From Methanobacteriota archaeon (GTDB lineage: Archaea; Thermoplasmatota; E2; DHVEG-1), in assembly GCA_963769885.1 (NCBI GenBank), contig CAVYNH010000006.1:192001-256000 (forward strand): a DNA stretch of 64,000 bases. The letters run 5' to 3'. Shown here in pieces: positions 1 to 9,824 of this stretch; positions within the stretch are counted from its first letter, which is position 1, and every line of letters starts with the position of its first letter. The position numbers and the translations under genes were made by a program. The notes under the pieces are model-generated. The model was not told the origin of the DNA and searched no databases. It worked only from the letters and a program-made list of their open reading frames with translations.

Positions 1-330
1 GTATTCGCCGATGGTGCTGCTGGGGATTTCTTCGAGGCCGCTGCGGCGTATTTTTTCTTCGATGGTGTCGAGGGCGGCTTCGAGTTGGTCGGGGGTGACG
101 GGGCGTTTTTCGAGGGCCTTTTGCATACCGGTTTTGATTTTGGTGCGGTCGTATTTTTGTTTGCGTCCGTCTTTTTTGATGACGTAGAGTGGCTCCATCT
201 CGATGGCTTCGTAGGTGGTGAAGCGGCGTTGGCAGCTGAGGCATTCGCGGCGTCGTCGGATGCTGTATTTGCCGGTGTCTCGGGAGTCGGTGACTTTCGT
301 CTCTGGCGTGTTACAGTAGGGGCAGTTCAT
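1..330 (-). CDS. nrdR: Transcriptional repressor NrdR (runs off window edge)
   Basis: Manual translation MNCPYCNTPETKVTDSR..SIRRRRECLSCQRRFTTYE..VIKKDGRKQKYDRTKI: Zn-ribbon with RRRREC plus ATP-cone. Confidence 0.95.
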   Translation of the reverse strand, partial: MNCPYCNTPETKVTDSRDTGKYSIRRRRECLSCQRRFTTYEAIEMEPLYVIKKDGRKQKYDRTKIKTGMQKALEKRPVTPDQLEAALDTIEEKIRRSGLEEIPSSTIGEY

Positions 331-343
331 CCATCCTCACTCA

Positions 344-359
344 CCACAAGATGTGGTAG
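344..359. promoter_or_regulatory. NrdR box (operator) in nrdR leader
   Basis: CCACAAGATGTGGTAG matches the conserved positions of the acaCwAtATaTwGtgt consensus; about 14 nt before the nrdR ATG and downstream of a minus-strand TTATAAAA box near 404-411. Confidence 0.7.
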
Positions 360-550
360 AAAACGGTCCGTTTTTCTACCGCGGATTGTATAGCGTGTGG
401 TTTTTTTATAACTTGCGGTTTTTTCAATATTGAGGACTGTAGACTATCATCATGCTAGCTTTTTGAATGGCTGTTTGGACTGCGTTTTTTGGTACTCGAT
501 GTGGTGGATTGTCGGGGTCTTTCTTAAAGTCTCGAGGGGGGTGGCTGAAA

Positions 551-766
551 CTATTCAGCGGCTTTGTCTCAAAAGTATTCAGCCGTCCCCCGAGATCGTT
601 TTTCTCGTCTTGAAGTGGCTTCAGGAGGAACCTTTGAGTTTTGAGACAACGCCCTATTCAGCGGCTTTGTCTCGAAAGTATTCGACCTCTCCTTAGACCA
701 TTTTCCTTGTCTTGGAGATGCTTCAGGAAGAGTCTTTGAGTTTTGAGACAACGCCCTATTCAGCGG
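551..766. repeat. Diverged ~102-bp tandem repeat (2 units plus a partial) with internal inverted repeats
   Basis: ctattcagcgg at 551, 654 and 756; ttgtctc(a/g)aaa and ttttgagacaa are reverse complements. Confidence 0.8.
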
Positions 767-949
767 GGTTCCCAGGGGCCTTCATGGGATGCAAGCATGT
801 ATGCAGATGGGTGTGCAGGTGCTCTGTGTGTTAATGCATCATTCCTCAAGAAAAATATCCTGGTTTCAGACGAAGCGATTCTTTCTTAGAAATATTGAAA
901 TACTTGGTTGCGATTCGAACAGTACAAAGAACTAGGAGGTAAGTGTACC

Positions 950-1519
950 ATGAAAATCGGAAATCCGCATGAGTTAATAGGAAAAGAAGTGTACGACGCG
1001 ACCGGCCGGAGTATCGGCTGGATGGACAAGACGTGGCGGGGATGGAATGAGGAATACCCCGGGTATTTCTTTGGGATCAAGACCAATGAGTACGTCCGCA
1101 ACAACTGGTTCCGCGGTGACAACAAGCTGATCCCGATCCCCAGCGAGTACGTCCGTGAGACGGGCACCACCGTGACGCTGAACAAGACGCTGGATGACCT
1201 GTGCCGCAGCTGGAACAAGACGGTGACCTGTGGGCCGTTCACGCTACCGTTCGAGGAGCTAATCGAGAAGCCGGTCTACGACAAGTACAACAGCCGCGTC
1301 GGCACGTTCACTACGGGTGTCGAGAAGAACGGGACCTACAACAACCTCGGCTTGATCCTAGACCCGTACATCTGCGAGACCTGGCACATGCCCTACAACA
1401 CGACGGTGCCGATCGACACGCAGCACATCACCACGGTCAAGGACACGGTGACCCTGAACATCGCCCTGCACGAGCTGAAGGACTACTGGACCTGGAAACA
1501 GCGCCAGACCCAGCCGTAA
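950..1519 (+). CDS. Tandem PRC-barrel domain protein
   Basis: GGAGGT RBS before ATG 950; two motifs ELIGKEVYDATGRSIG and ELIEKPVYDKYNSRVG. Confidence 0.75.
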   Translation: MKIGNPHELIGKEVYDATGRSIGWMDKTWRGWNEEYPGYFFGIKTNEYVRNNWFRGDNKLIPIPSEYVRETGTTVTLNKTLDDLCRSWNKTVTCGPFTLPFEELIEKPVYDKYNSRVGTFTTGVEKNGTYNNLGLILDPYICETWHMPYNTTVPIDTQHITTVKDTVTLNIALHELKDYWTWKQRQTQP

Positions 1520-1550
1520 GAGATTCAGCCTCTGAATCTCCCTTTTTTTT
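1520..1550 (+). terminator. Hairpin plus T-tract terminator
   Basis: gagattcag-cct-ctgaatctc followed by T8, between convergent genes. Confidence 0.6.
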
Positions 1551-1564
1551 ATTTTTCTGTTTTT

Positions 1565-2197
1565 TTAGGTTATCTTGATTTCTTCGGCGTGGTCGACCGC
1601 TGTTTGCACAAGGGACGCGATGTCGAGTTTTTGTTCTTCGGCGTGGATGCGGTCGAGGCTGGCTCGAGTGGCGGGTTTGGGGGGGACGGCGGTGCAGCCG
1701 GTGGTGCGGACGGTGGAGAGTTCGTAGGTGCCGATGTCTTTGGCTATCTGGATGATGTCGTTTTTGTCGTAGCCGATGAGGGGGCGGAGGATCGGGATGG
1801 TGACGGCGTCTTCGATTGCTCTGAGGTTTTGGAGGGTCTGGCTGGCGACTTGGCCGAGGGATTCGCCGGTGACGATGGCCTCGGCTTGTTGTCGGCGGGC
1901 GATTTCTTGGGCGTAGCGCATCATCATGCGTTTGCAGAAGACGCAGGTGAGCTTCGGGTTGCAGTCTTGGATGTACCGTTGGAGGGCGGGCCCGTTGAGG
2001 ACGCGGTAGGCTTTGGGTGGTGAGGGGAGGAGATGGTGGAGGCGGGTGGCGACGGCGAGGAAGTTCTGGTAGTTTTGGTCGCTGTAGAAGGGCCGGTTGT
2101 CGGCGTGGACGAAAATGAGGTCTGGTGTCCAGTGGCGGATGATGTAGGCGGCGACGGGGGAGTCGATGCCGCCGGAGAGGAGGCAGACAAGTTTCAT
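1565..2197 (-). CDS. ThiI-like PP-loop sulfurtransferase (catalytic domain only, no THUMP)
   Basis: LLSGGIDSPVA, CVFCKRMM, GESLGQVASQTL, ILRPLIGYDK, third Cys in GCTAVP. Confidence 0.8.
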   Translation of the reverse strand: MKLVCLLSGGIDSPVAAYIIRHWTPDLIFVHADNRPFYSDQNYQNFLAVATRLHHLLPSPPKAYRVLNGPALQRYIQDCNPKLTCVFCKRMMMRYAQEIARRQQAEAIVTGESLGQVASQTLQNLRAIEDAVTIPILRPLIGYDKNDIIQIAKDIGTYELSTVRTTGCTAVPPKPATRASLDRIHAEEQKLDIASLVQTAVDHAEEIKIT

Positions 2198-2505
2198 GTG
2201 GTCTCGGTGGTAAGGTAGGTGAGGTAGTCGGGGAGTCCGCCGGTGATGGGGAGGGTGATGATGTCGGGGAGTTCGTAGGGGTGGAGGCTGCGGATGCGGT
2301 CGACGCAGGCCACGGCTTTGTCATCTGTGGTTTTGGCGATGAGGAGGGTTTCGGTGGCGCCTTCGACTTTGTGGTGCCAGCGGTAGATGGACTCTATTTT
2401 TGGGATGATGTTGGTGCAGGCCGCGAGTTTTTCTCTGACGATGGCGGAGGCGATGGTGCGTGCTTCTTGGAGTGAGCCTGTGGTGGTGTAGATGAGTTGG
2501 GCCAT
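2194..2505 (-). CDS. cutA: Divalent-cation tolerance protein CutA
   Basis: LAACTNIIPKIESIYRW, LHPYELP motifs. Confidence 0.92.
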   Translation of the reverse strand: MAQLIYTTTGSLQEARTIASAIVREKLAACTNIIPKIESIYRWHHKVEGATETLLIAKTTDDKAVACVDRIRSLHPYELPDIITLPITGGLPDYLTYLTTETT

Positions 2506-2509
2506 GGTC

Positions 2510-2956
2510 TCAGTGTGTTTTGTAGTGGGGGTGGTTTAATATGTTTTTTCGTGGGCGGTAGGGCGTGAGGGTGAGGGCCCGGATGGTGTTTGTGAGTTCT
2601 TTTTTTGGTCCGTGGATGAGGTGGCTGAGGCAGGCGCAGTCGCTGTTGCCGAAGTCGGGGATGAAGTCGTGGTGTTGGAGGAGGGCGGCGGCGATGCGGC
2701 ATTCTGTGAGCTTTGGGTTGGTGGTGGTGTAGGCGTGGATGGTGTGGGCGGAGGGGAGGAGGTAGTCGATGTGCCAGTGGAGCTTTTTTTCTGCTCGGAG
2801 GTGACGGGTGATGCGTTGGTCGAGGCCGTTGCGGGCGGAGCCGACGTAGACGTAGGTGGCGGTGGGGAAGTGGAGGGTCCTTTTCTTGCCGATGGGGAGC
2901 GTGAGTGGTCTGGTGAGGGTGAAGAGGAGGATGTAGGCTCCGGGTCGTGGTGGCAT
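2510..2956 (-). CDS. GIY-YIG (Uri superfamily, DUF123) nuclease
   Basis: GAYIL..YVYVGSA..RITRH..KKLHWHIDYL..FGNSDC.C.SHL. Confidence 0.85.
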   Translation of the reverse strand: MPPRPGAYILLFTLTRPLTLPIGKKRTLHFPTATYVYVGSARNGLDQRITRHLRAEKKLHWHIDYLLPSAHTIHAYTTTNPKLTECRIAAALLQHHDFIPDFGNSDCACLSHLIHGPKKELTNTIRALTLTPYRPRKNILNHPHYKTH

Positions 2957-3053
2957 TGTTGCTTGGGAGGTTTGATGGGGTTCTTTGATTTTTTGGTTCT
3001 TGTCGAAGGTGGTAAAAAGGGGGGATGAAATTTTGGGTTGGTTGGTGGTGTGA

Positions 3054-3419
3054 ATGGCGGGTCATGGTCTTGAGGTTGTGAAGGTGTCGTCTCTTGCGGA
3101 GGCGCGTGCGTTGTTGGTGGGGCTTGGGTGTGATCCGGCGGGGGTGGAGATCATGGTGCCGAAGGCGGTGCTGCGGGTGGTCCGGTTCCGTGGGGTGGTG
3201 CTGCAGGATGCGGTGATGGTGAAGCAGGATATGTTGTCGGTGGGGGGTGAGGTGGCGATCCCCCGGTATACGTACGATCGGATGGCGGAGACGGCGGATA
3301 TCCTGGTGTTTGGGACGGTGGCGCAGTTGGATGAGCTGGTGGTGAAGCTGCGGCGGCATTATCCGCGGATCCGTGGGCTGGCGGATGAGTTGTCTGCCGT
3401 CGTCTCGGGGTTCCGGTAG
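3054..3419 (+). CDS. Standalone protein resembling the N-terminal extension domain of some dihydropteroate synthases
   Basis: GCDPAGVEIMVPKA..VKQDMLSVGGEVA..ILVFGTVAQL motif. Confidence 0.55.
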   Translation: MAGHGLEVVKVSSLAEARALLVGLGCDPAGVEIMVPKAVLRVVRFRGVVLQDAVMVKQDMLSVGGEVAIPRYTYDRMAETADILVFGTVAQLDELVVKLRRHYPRIRGLADELSAVVSGFR

Positions 3420-3476
3420 GTTGCTCCTAAGATTTTTATCTGTGCTGGTGTTGTAGGTAGGTTGGGGTGACGTCAG

Positions 3477-4826
3477 TTGGAGAATCCTGTCTGCCCGTTG
3501 GAGTATCGGTATGGACGGCCGGTGTTGAAGGCGATTTTTGGGGAGTCCAGTAAGCTGCAGTATCTGTTGGATGTGGAGGCGGCGCTGGCGCGGGCGCATG
3601 CGGCGGTCGGGACGATCCCGAAGGCTGCAGCGCAGGAGATCTCGCGCAAGGCGAACACGAAATATGTGACGGCGCAGCGGGTCTCGGAGATCGAGCGAGA
3701 GACGAAGCATGACATCATGGCAGTGACCAAGGCGCTATCTGAGGCGTGCACTGGGGATGCGGGGAAGTACGTGCATCTGGGCGCGACGAGCTACGATATC
3801 GTCGACACGGCGAACGCGCTGCAGTTCGCGGCCGCGACATCTCAGATTTCTTCTCAGCTAAAAGAGTTGCGGAGGGTTCTCGTCCGTCTTGCGAAGGAGC
3901 ATCGGGACACGCTGATGCTGGGCCGGACGCACGGGCAGTCCTCGATCCCGATCACGTTTGGGCTCAAGATGGCGGTCTACGCTCTTGAGGTGGACCGGCA
4001 GCTGGAGCGGATGCATGAATGCAAGTCCCGGGTCCTCGTCGGCAAGATGAGCGGGGCGGTCGGCACCGGTGCGGCGCTGGGGAAGAACGCGCTGAAGATC
4101 CAGCAACTCGTCATGGCGGACTTGAAGCTCGGGGTTGAGGAGGGTCCGACGCAGATCGTGGACCGGGACCGGTACATCGAGCTGCTGTCGGTGTTGGCGA
4201 ATATCGCGGCGAGCATGGAGAAGTTCGGCACCGAGGTGCGGAACCTGCAGCGCTCCGAGATCGGAGAGGTCTCAGAGGCGTTCGAGGCGAAGAAGCAGGT
4301 CGGCTCGTCGACGATGCCGCAGAAGAAGAACCCGATCACGAGCGAGCAGGTCTGCGGGCTGGCGCGGGTCGTGCGCTGTTACGTGATCCCCGGATTTGAG
4401 GACGCGGTGCAGTGGCATGAGCGGGACCTGGCGAACAGCGCGGCGGAGCGGTTCATCCTGCCGCATTCCCTGATTCTGACGGATTGGATTATCACGCAGA
4501 TGATCGACGTCTTTTCGCATTTGAAGGTGAACCCGGAGCGGATGCGACAGAACCTGGAGCGGTCCCAGGGGCTGCCGATGGCGGAGGCGGCCATGAGCAG
4601 GCTCATCGAGAAAGGGATGGGCCGCGGGGACGCGCATGAGCTCCTTCGGGTCTCAGCGTTGAAGGCCTCGGAGTCCGGGGAGCAGCTGCTCGCGGTGCTG
4701 CGGCGGACGCCGAAGGTGACTGGGATGCTATCCGAAAAGGAACTGAAAGCGGCGATGGACCCCAAGAACTATCTGGGCGTCACCAGCGCGATCGTGGACA
4801 ACATCGTCAAGAAGCTCTCTCGATAG
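3477..4826 (+). CDS. purB: Adenylosuccinate lyase
   Basis: HLGATSYDI, GRTHGQ, GSSTMPQKKNP signature; TTG start after GGGGTGA. Confidence 0.95.
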   Translation: MENPVCPLEYRYGRPVLKAIFGESSKLQYLLDVEAALARAHAAVGTIPKAAAQEISRKANTKYVTAQRVSEIERETKHDIMAVTKALSEACTGDAGKYVHLGATSYDIVDTANALQFAAATSQISSQLKELRRVLVRLAKEHRDTLMLGRTHGQSSIPITFGLKMAVYALEVDRQLERMHECKSRVLVGKMSGAVGTGAALGKNALKIQQLVMADLKLGVEEGPTQIVDRDRYIELLSVLANIAASMEKFGTEVRNLQRSEIGEVSEAFEAKKQVGSSTMPQKKNPITSEQVCGLARVVRCYVIPGFEDAVQWHERDLANSAAERFILPHSLILTDWIITQMIDVFSHLKVNPERMRQNLERSQGLPMAEAAMSRLIEKGMGRGDAHELLRVSALKASESGEQLLAVLRRTPKVTGMLSEKELKAAMDPKNYLGVTSAIVDNIVKKLSR

Positions 4827-4904
4827 CGAGTCAGGAAGCCTCTCGAGTATTTCTCCTGGGAAAACGAAATGACCTTAAAGCCCATGACGGATTCCCCTGT
4901 CCAT

Positions 4905-5948
4905 ATGGATAAGCTGCAGACCCTCTGCCAGAACGCCGAAGAGATTGTCACCGTCGACGAACTGAAAACCGTCCTCCAGAAAGAGAAACCGAAGGCGTAC
5001 ATCGGCTTCGAGCCCTCAGGCACCGTCCACATCGGCTGGTCGATCTGCACCAACAAGATCAAAGACTTCCTCGCCGCCGGCTTCGACTTCACGGTCCTGC
5101 TTGCGGACTGGCACGCCTACATCAACGACAAACTCGACGGCGACCTCGACAAAATCAAGCTCTGCGGCCGCTACATGGAAGACTGCTTCGCCGCCATGGG
5201 CGTCCCCAAAGACAAGGTCCGGTTCGTCTACGCCAGCGACTACGTCAACGACCCCCGATACTGGGAGCTCGTCCTCAAGACTGCGAAAGCCACCTCCGTC
5301 GCCAGGGTCAGACGCGCCATGGACATCATGGGCCGCAGCGAAGACGAGGCCGACAAAGACCTCTCCAAACTCTTCTACCCGGCGATGCAAGTCTCCGATA
5401 TCTTCTACATGGACTTCGACGTCGCCTACGGCGGCATGGACCAACGCCACGCCCACATGCTCTGCCGCGAAGTCGCCAAAAAACTCAACCGTAAAATCCC
5501 GGTCGCCCTCCACACCCCACTCCTAAGCGGGCTGCAAGCCGGCGGCAGGATGAACCCCATCGAAGCCAAGATGAGCAAAAGCAAACCAGAGTCCATGATC
5601 TCCATCCACGACGACCCCGCAACGGTCAAGAAAAAGCTCGGCAAAGCCTTCTGCCCAGAGAAACAGACCAGCGACAACCCGATCCTCGAACTCTGCAAAT
5701 ACGTCATCTTCCCCGACCTCCACGGCGAACCGTTCATCCTGCATCGGCCGGAGAAGTTCGGCGGGGACCGCACCTTCCCCGACTACCAGTCCCTCGAAGC
5801 CGCGTACACCGAAGGACTCCACCCCCTCGACCTGAAGAACGCGACCGCGGAATACGTGAACCGAATCCTCGCGCCGGTCCACGAGTACTTCTCCCGGCAC
5901 CCCGAAAACCTCACGAAGATGCACGACCTCGGCATCATTCAATCCTAG
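4905..5948 (+). CDS. tyrS: Tyrosine--tRNA ligase (archaeal type)
   Basis: YIGFEPSG, HIGW, YPAMQVSD, GGMDQ, KMSKS; start could be 4869 or 4884. Confidence 0.95.
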   Translation: MDKLQTLCQNAEEIVTVDELKTVLQKEKPKAYIGFEPSGTVHIGWSICTNKIKDFLAAGFDFTVLLADWHAYINDKLDGDLDKIKLCGRYMEDCFAAMGVPKDKVRFVYASDYVNDPRYWELVLKTAKATSVARVRRAMDIMGRSEDEADKDLSKLFYPAMQVSDIFYMDFDVAYGGMDQRHAHMLCREVAKKLNRKIPVALHTPLLSGLQAGGRMNPIEAKMSKSKPESMISIHDDPATVKKKLGKAFCPEKQTSDNPILELCKYVIFPDLHGEPFILHRPEKFGGDRTFPDYQSLEAAYTEGLHPLDLKNATAEYVNRILAPVHEYFSRHPENLTKMHDLGIIQS

Positions 5949-5989
5949 CGGTATCGAAAAAGGGAAAAAGAAGACGAGGAACGACGACG

Positions 5990-6295
5990 TTACTTCTTCT
6001 GCTGTTGTTCCCGCAGCTTCTGCAACTCCCGCTCCGTCTGCCGCTCGACATACATCGGCCCGGCGAAGGTGCCGACGCCATGCGCCGCAAGCCCGATCCC
6101 CCACCCAATCATCGGAAAGGCCGGCCAGAAGAAGTAATTACCAGCGGTTGTACTCGTCCACCACCAGATCCCAATGAGCATAGCGTTCACGAGGATGTAG
6201 ACGACGAGATGGATGTAGAATCCGACCTTCGCCTGCGCGACCTTCTCAGCCTTACTCCGGAGCTCCTCTTCAGTAGCCGTTCTACTCACCAACAC
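5990..6295 (-). CDS. 2TM-domain membrane protein
   Basis: FYIHLVVYILVN..FFWP..GWGIGLAAH pattern. Confidence 0.8.
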   Translation of the reverse strand: MLVSRTATEEELRSKAEKVAQAKVGFYIHLVVYILVNAMLIGIWWWTSTTAGNYFFWPAFPMIGWGIGLAAHGVGTFAGPMYVERQTERELQKLREQQQKK

Positions 6296-6363
6296 CTCAA
6301 TAACGCCTCAAAACTGATAAGCGTTTGCATACCAAAGAGAAAAAAGGGGGAAAACAGCAGCCC

Positions 6364-9289
6364 TCACTTTGAGAGCTGCGGCACGTACGGGGTAAATGCA
6401 GGATCCCCGTAGAGATGGTACTCGAAGAACGACTGGAACTTGTTGTCCATCTGCGGGCTCTTGCCGGACTTCGCCATGGACGAGTACAGCTGCGCATCCA
6501 ACGACAGAATCCCGGTCGTCGTCAGCGGCGGCGACCACCAGACGTCCCACGGGCCATCCTCAGGGAGATACTGATTCCGCGCGTCCCGGAACGCAAGCCC
6601 CAGACTCGTGTTCCCCTTCTGCAGGTACCCCAGCATGTCCGCGTAAATCTTGAAGCCGAAATGCATGTCCGGATAATCTCCCTTGGCGACCGCACGCTTG
6701 TTGACCAGGTACCGATACAGCGTCTGACCGGGCAGGTCATACTTCGAGTTCTTCGGCTCTAGGTAGCCGCCCGCGATGTTCGACGATGTCGTCGCCGAAA
6801 TCATAGCGGCGACTCCCGAATGCAGGTACGCCTGGGTGATGCTCTGGGTCGGATACATCCCGTCCAGCTTGCCGCAGATGCAGCTTTCAATCCACATGAA
6901 CGACGGCCCCAATTGCATAGTCTCGACGTTACGGGGGCTGTAGCAGCCGTGGGCACCCAGCGACGTCCCCGGGCCGTACCCGAAGATGGAGACGACCTGC
7001 GCTAATATCTTGGGGAGGATGCCGTGCGGCAGGCCCAGCCCAAGGCTCGTAGTCCCGACGTCGGTCATGCTGAAGAGATGCTGGTTCCCATGGGCGTTGG
7101 CGAAGATGAGATTGGAGTCTCTCCTGGACCTCCTTGCCTCGGACGATGTCAGCGCCGATCTGCGTCCGTAGCTGCCGCGGGGAGAACAACAGTCGGTTCA
7201 GGATGTTCGCTGTTTTCATCTCCCGGATCGCCTCGTTAGAAAATCCCTGGTACGCAGCCTCGTTCTCGCGGATGTAGGTCGTGTCGTAGCCGAGGCCCTC
7301 GACGATATGCGTCATCGTCTGCCCGTTAATCACGGACGCCCCGGTGGTCAGCTTCATGGGCTCGCCGTGGCCCTTGATAATCCCGAGCATCTCACCTAGC
7401 ACCTTGTATCGGACGAGCGGCTCCTGGAAATCGTTGCCGCCGCCTAGCATCACGGCCGCCTGGTCCTTCCAGTCACCGAGGCCGTTGATGATGCGGTCGT
7501 AGAAGATGGTCCGGTCGATGAGCGCGGAGGCATCTTGGGTATCCCAGCCGGTGATGCGTCCGATGACGTTCTCCTGTTCAGGATACTTTTCTGTGGATGC
7601 GCTGTAGAGGTCCGGGGCATGGTTCGACCAGTCGCCGGGGTTTGGGTCGATGTCGGAGTAGATGAAGTCGCTGGGGATCCCGCAGCCCCAGAAGTAGCCC
7701 ATGTCCTGGATCGAGATAGGCTCGATGGAGCTGTTGTAGAGGTATTGCGGCAGCATCGTGCCGTCGCCGACCAAGGCGATGTACATGGGGCTGTTCGTGT
7801 AGTATTCTTTGAGTTCTTTGAGGGCGGCGCTGCCGCTGTCGTCGTTTGGCCCCAGATCGATCCCGGCGATGTTCGCGAGGAGGGCGTTGATCTCTTTATG
7901 GATATTGAAGACGTGCGTGTTCGATGCCTCGACGAGGCGAGGGTTCTTGCGTGGGAGTGAATATCCTGGGGAGGTCTGCCCCAGGTATAATGTGCTGTCG
8001 TTGGCAGCGAATGCGAACTCCGGTCGGCCGAAGACGAGACCCTGGTGGTAGGCGGCGAGGTACGGGGCGAGGGAGGACAACTTGGGGATCATCGGATAGC
8101 GGGAGTCGTCGAGCTTTTGGATGGTGACCTCGGCTTTCACCTGGCCGGTTTTGGAAATCACCCAGGTTGGTGAGGTCTGGATGTTGTATCGGACGCCGCC
8201 GCGGTCGTAGAGGACGCATTCGGTGTAGGTGCTGTCCTCGATGATCTTGCCGGTGGAGTCTCGGATGGCGACGCCGCCCATGTTGGTGCCGCCCGCGTAG
8301 AGCTCCATCTTTTGGAGGTTGGCGGGTTCGTCGGGGAGGTCTGGTCCGACGAAGAAGATGACGTTGTCGCCGAGGAGGTCCGCGTTCTCCGGGTTCATGT
8401 TGATGCCCTTGAATTTCACGAGGGCGTATTTGTAGTCCTGCGGGATGGGGAACGAGCCGAGCGTGAGGTTGTTGCCTTTCAGCATGCCGCCGACGGTGCT
8501 GAGGAGCATGGTGGTCGACGTGGTTTTCATGGTCTTCGGCCCGATGGTCATGTTGACTTGGGCGAGGACCCGGGGCGGATAGGCGTCGAGGGGGTTGGTG
8601 AGGACGAGGTAGTTGGTGGAGCCGAAGCGGTTGTTGATGACCGTGATCTGGGCGTCGAGGGCGTCTTCGGCGGTGGTGATGGTGTAGGGGTTGCCGACGG
8701 TCCTGATGTGGGTGCCGCAGACGATGCTTTGTTCGACGCCGAGGTCGGTGAGGGCGGAGAGGGATTGGGTGCTGTTGGGGTCGATGATGATGATGGGGAT
8801 GCTGAGGTAGGCGGCGATGGGGGCGGCGAGGACGCCGAGTTCGTAGCCTTGCTGGGAGTCTTCGATGAGGAGGGCGGCTTTGCTGTGCTGCCAGTAGCGT
8901 TGGGCGAGGTCAAGGGACCATTGTTCGGGGGTCTTGGTGTCGTCGATGATGAGGTCGACGGGGATCTTGATCTGGTCGTTGATGATGCGGACGACGTCTT
9001 CAGAGGGCGAGGTGAGGTTCTCTACATAAAGGGGGACGATGGTCTGGGTGCCAGTGGCATCGTAGTGGACGGCGAGGGGGGTGCCGATGAGGGGGTAGAA
9101 CTGGTTTTGGTTGGAGACGGTGATGGCGGTGGGGGTGGTGTTTTTTAGTTGGCCGGTGATGGTGCTGAAGGAGTCGATGCTGATGTTTTTTCCGGAGGCT
9201 TTCATGGGGATGTAGGTGTAGATGCCGATGGAGGCGATGATGAGGACGATGACTCCGGCTATCACTATGAGCTTGTCGTTTTTCTTCAT
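6364..9289 (-). CDS. Membrane-anchored C25 (gingipain-like) cysteine peptidase; apparent frameshift at about 7120
   Basis: N-terminal TM; YIALVGD, PSDFIYSD, IGRITG; after the frameshift SNLIFANAHG, WIESC, YHLYGDP; joins ORFs 6929..9304 and 6364..7068. Confidence 0.7.
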
Positions 9290-9455
9290 TATTATCGCCA
9301 TCACTGGTTGAGATTGTGTTTTAAAAACATATTCCTATCTTTCTATATAATATTTTCCTTTTATATATTATTGTTCGGTGGGGTGGTGTTGGTGGGTTGG
9401 TGTTGGGAATGTTTAATAACGGTGATTTCCATTACCCGGGTTTGAGGACGAGTTT

Positions 9456-9824
9456 ATGGCGGATGAACAGCAGCTTTCCCCTCAGTTGCAGGATCAGATT
9501 TCTCGGTTGCAGCAGACGCGTGCGCAGGTGCAGATGTTGGCCCAGCAGCGGCAGCAGGTTGAGCTTCAGCTCCGTGAGGTGGAGGAGGCCTTGAAGGAGG
9601 TTGAGGCGGCGGGGGAGAAGACGCCGATCTACAAGAGCATCGGCGCGATCTTGGTGAAGGCGAAGGGGAAGGCTGAGGTGAAGAAGGAGCTGGAGGGGAC
9701 GAAGGAGTCGCTGCAGCTGCGCAAGACGACGCTGGAGAAGCAGGAGGGGCGGAGTCGGGAGAAGCTGACGGAGCTGCAGAGCAAGGTGGAGCAGGGGCTG
9801 AAGCTGGCTGGTCAGGGTGAATAG
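9456..9824 (+). CDS. pfdB: Prefoldin subunit beta
   Basis: Coiled coil, IYKSIGAILVK hairpin, 122 aa. Confidence 0.92.
   Translation: MADEQQLSPQLQDQISRLQQTRAQVQMLAQQRQQVELQLREVEEALKEVEAAGEKTPIYKSIGAILVKAKGKAEVKKELEGTKESLQLRKTTLEKQEGRSREKLTELQSKVEQGLKLAGQGE

Noticed and set aside
430-751. Short ORFs 430..696 and 569..751
   Set aside because: They overlap the repeat region, with no recognisable motifs or RBS.
551-766. CRISPR array
   Set aside because: Only about 2 units, the 'spacers' are homologous to each other, and there are no cas genes in the window.
2510-2956. GIY-YIG gene as a mobile homing endonuclease
   Set aside because: Matches the common archaeal DUF123 type, with host-like composition and no intron or intein context.
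2394-3710. Long antisense or alternate-frame ORFs (also 13006 extension, 20295..21581, 35359..36408, 47532..48689, 57307..59076, 63436..63978)
   Set aside because: Shadows of real genes produced by high GC3 and strand skew; low complexity and no family motifs.
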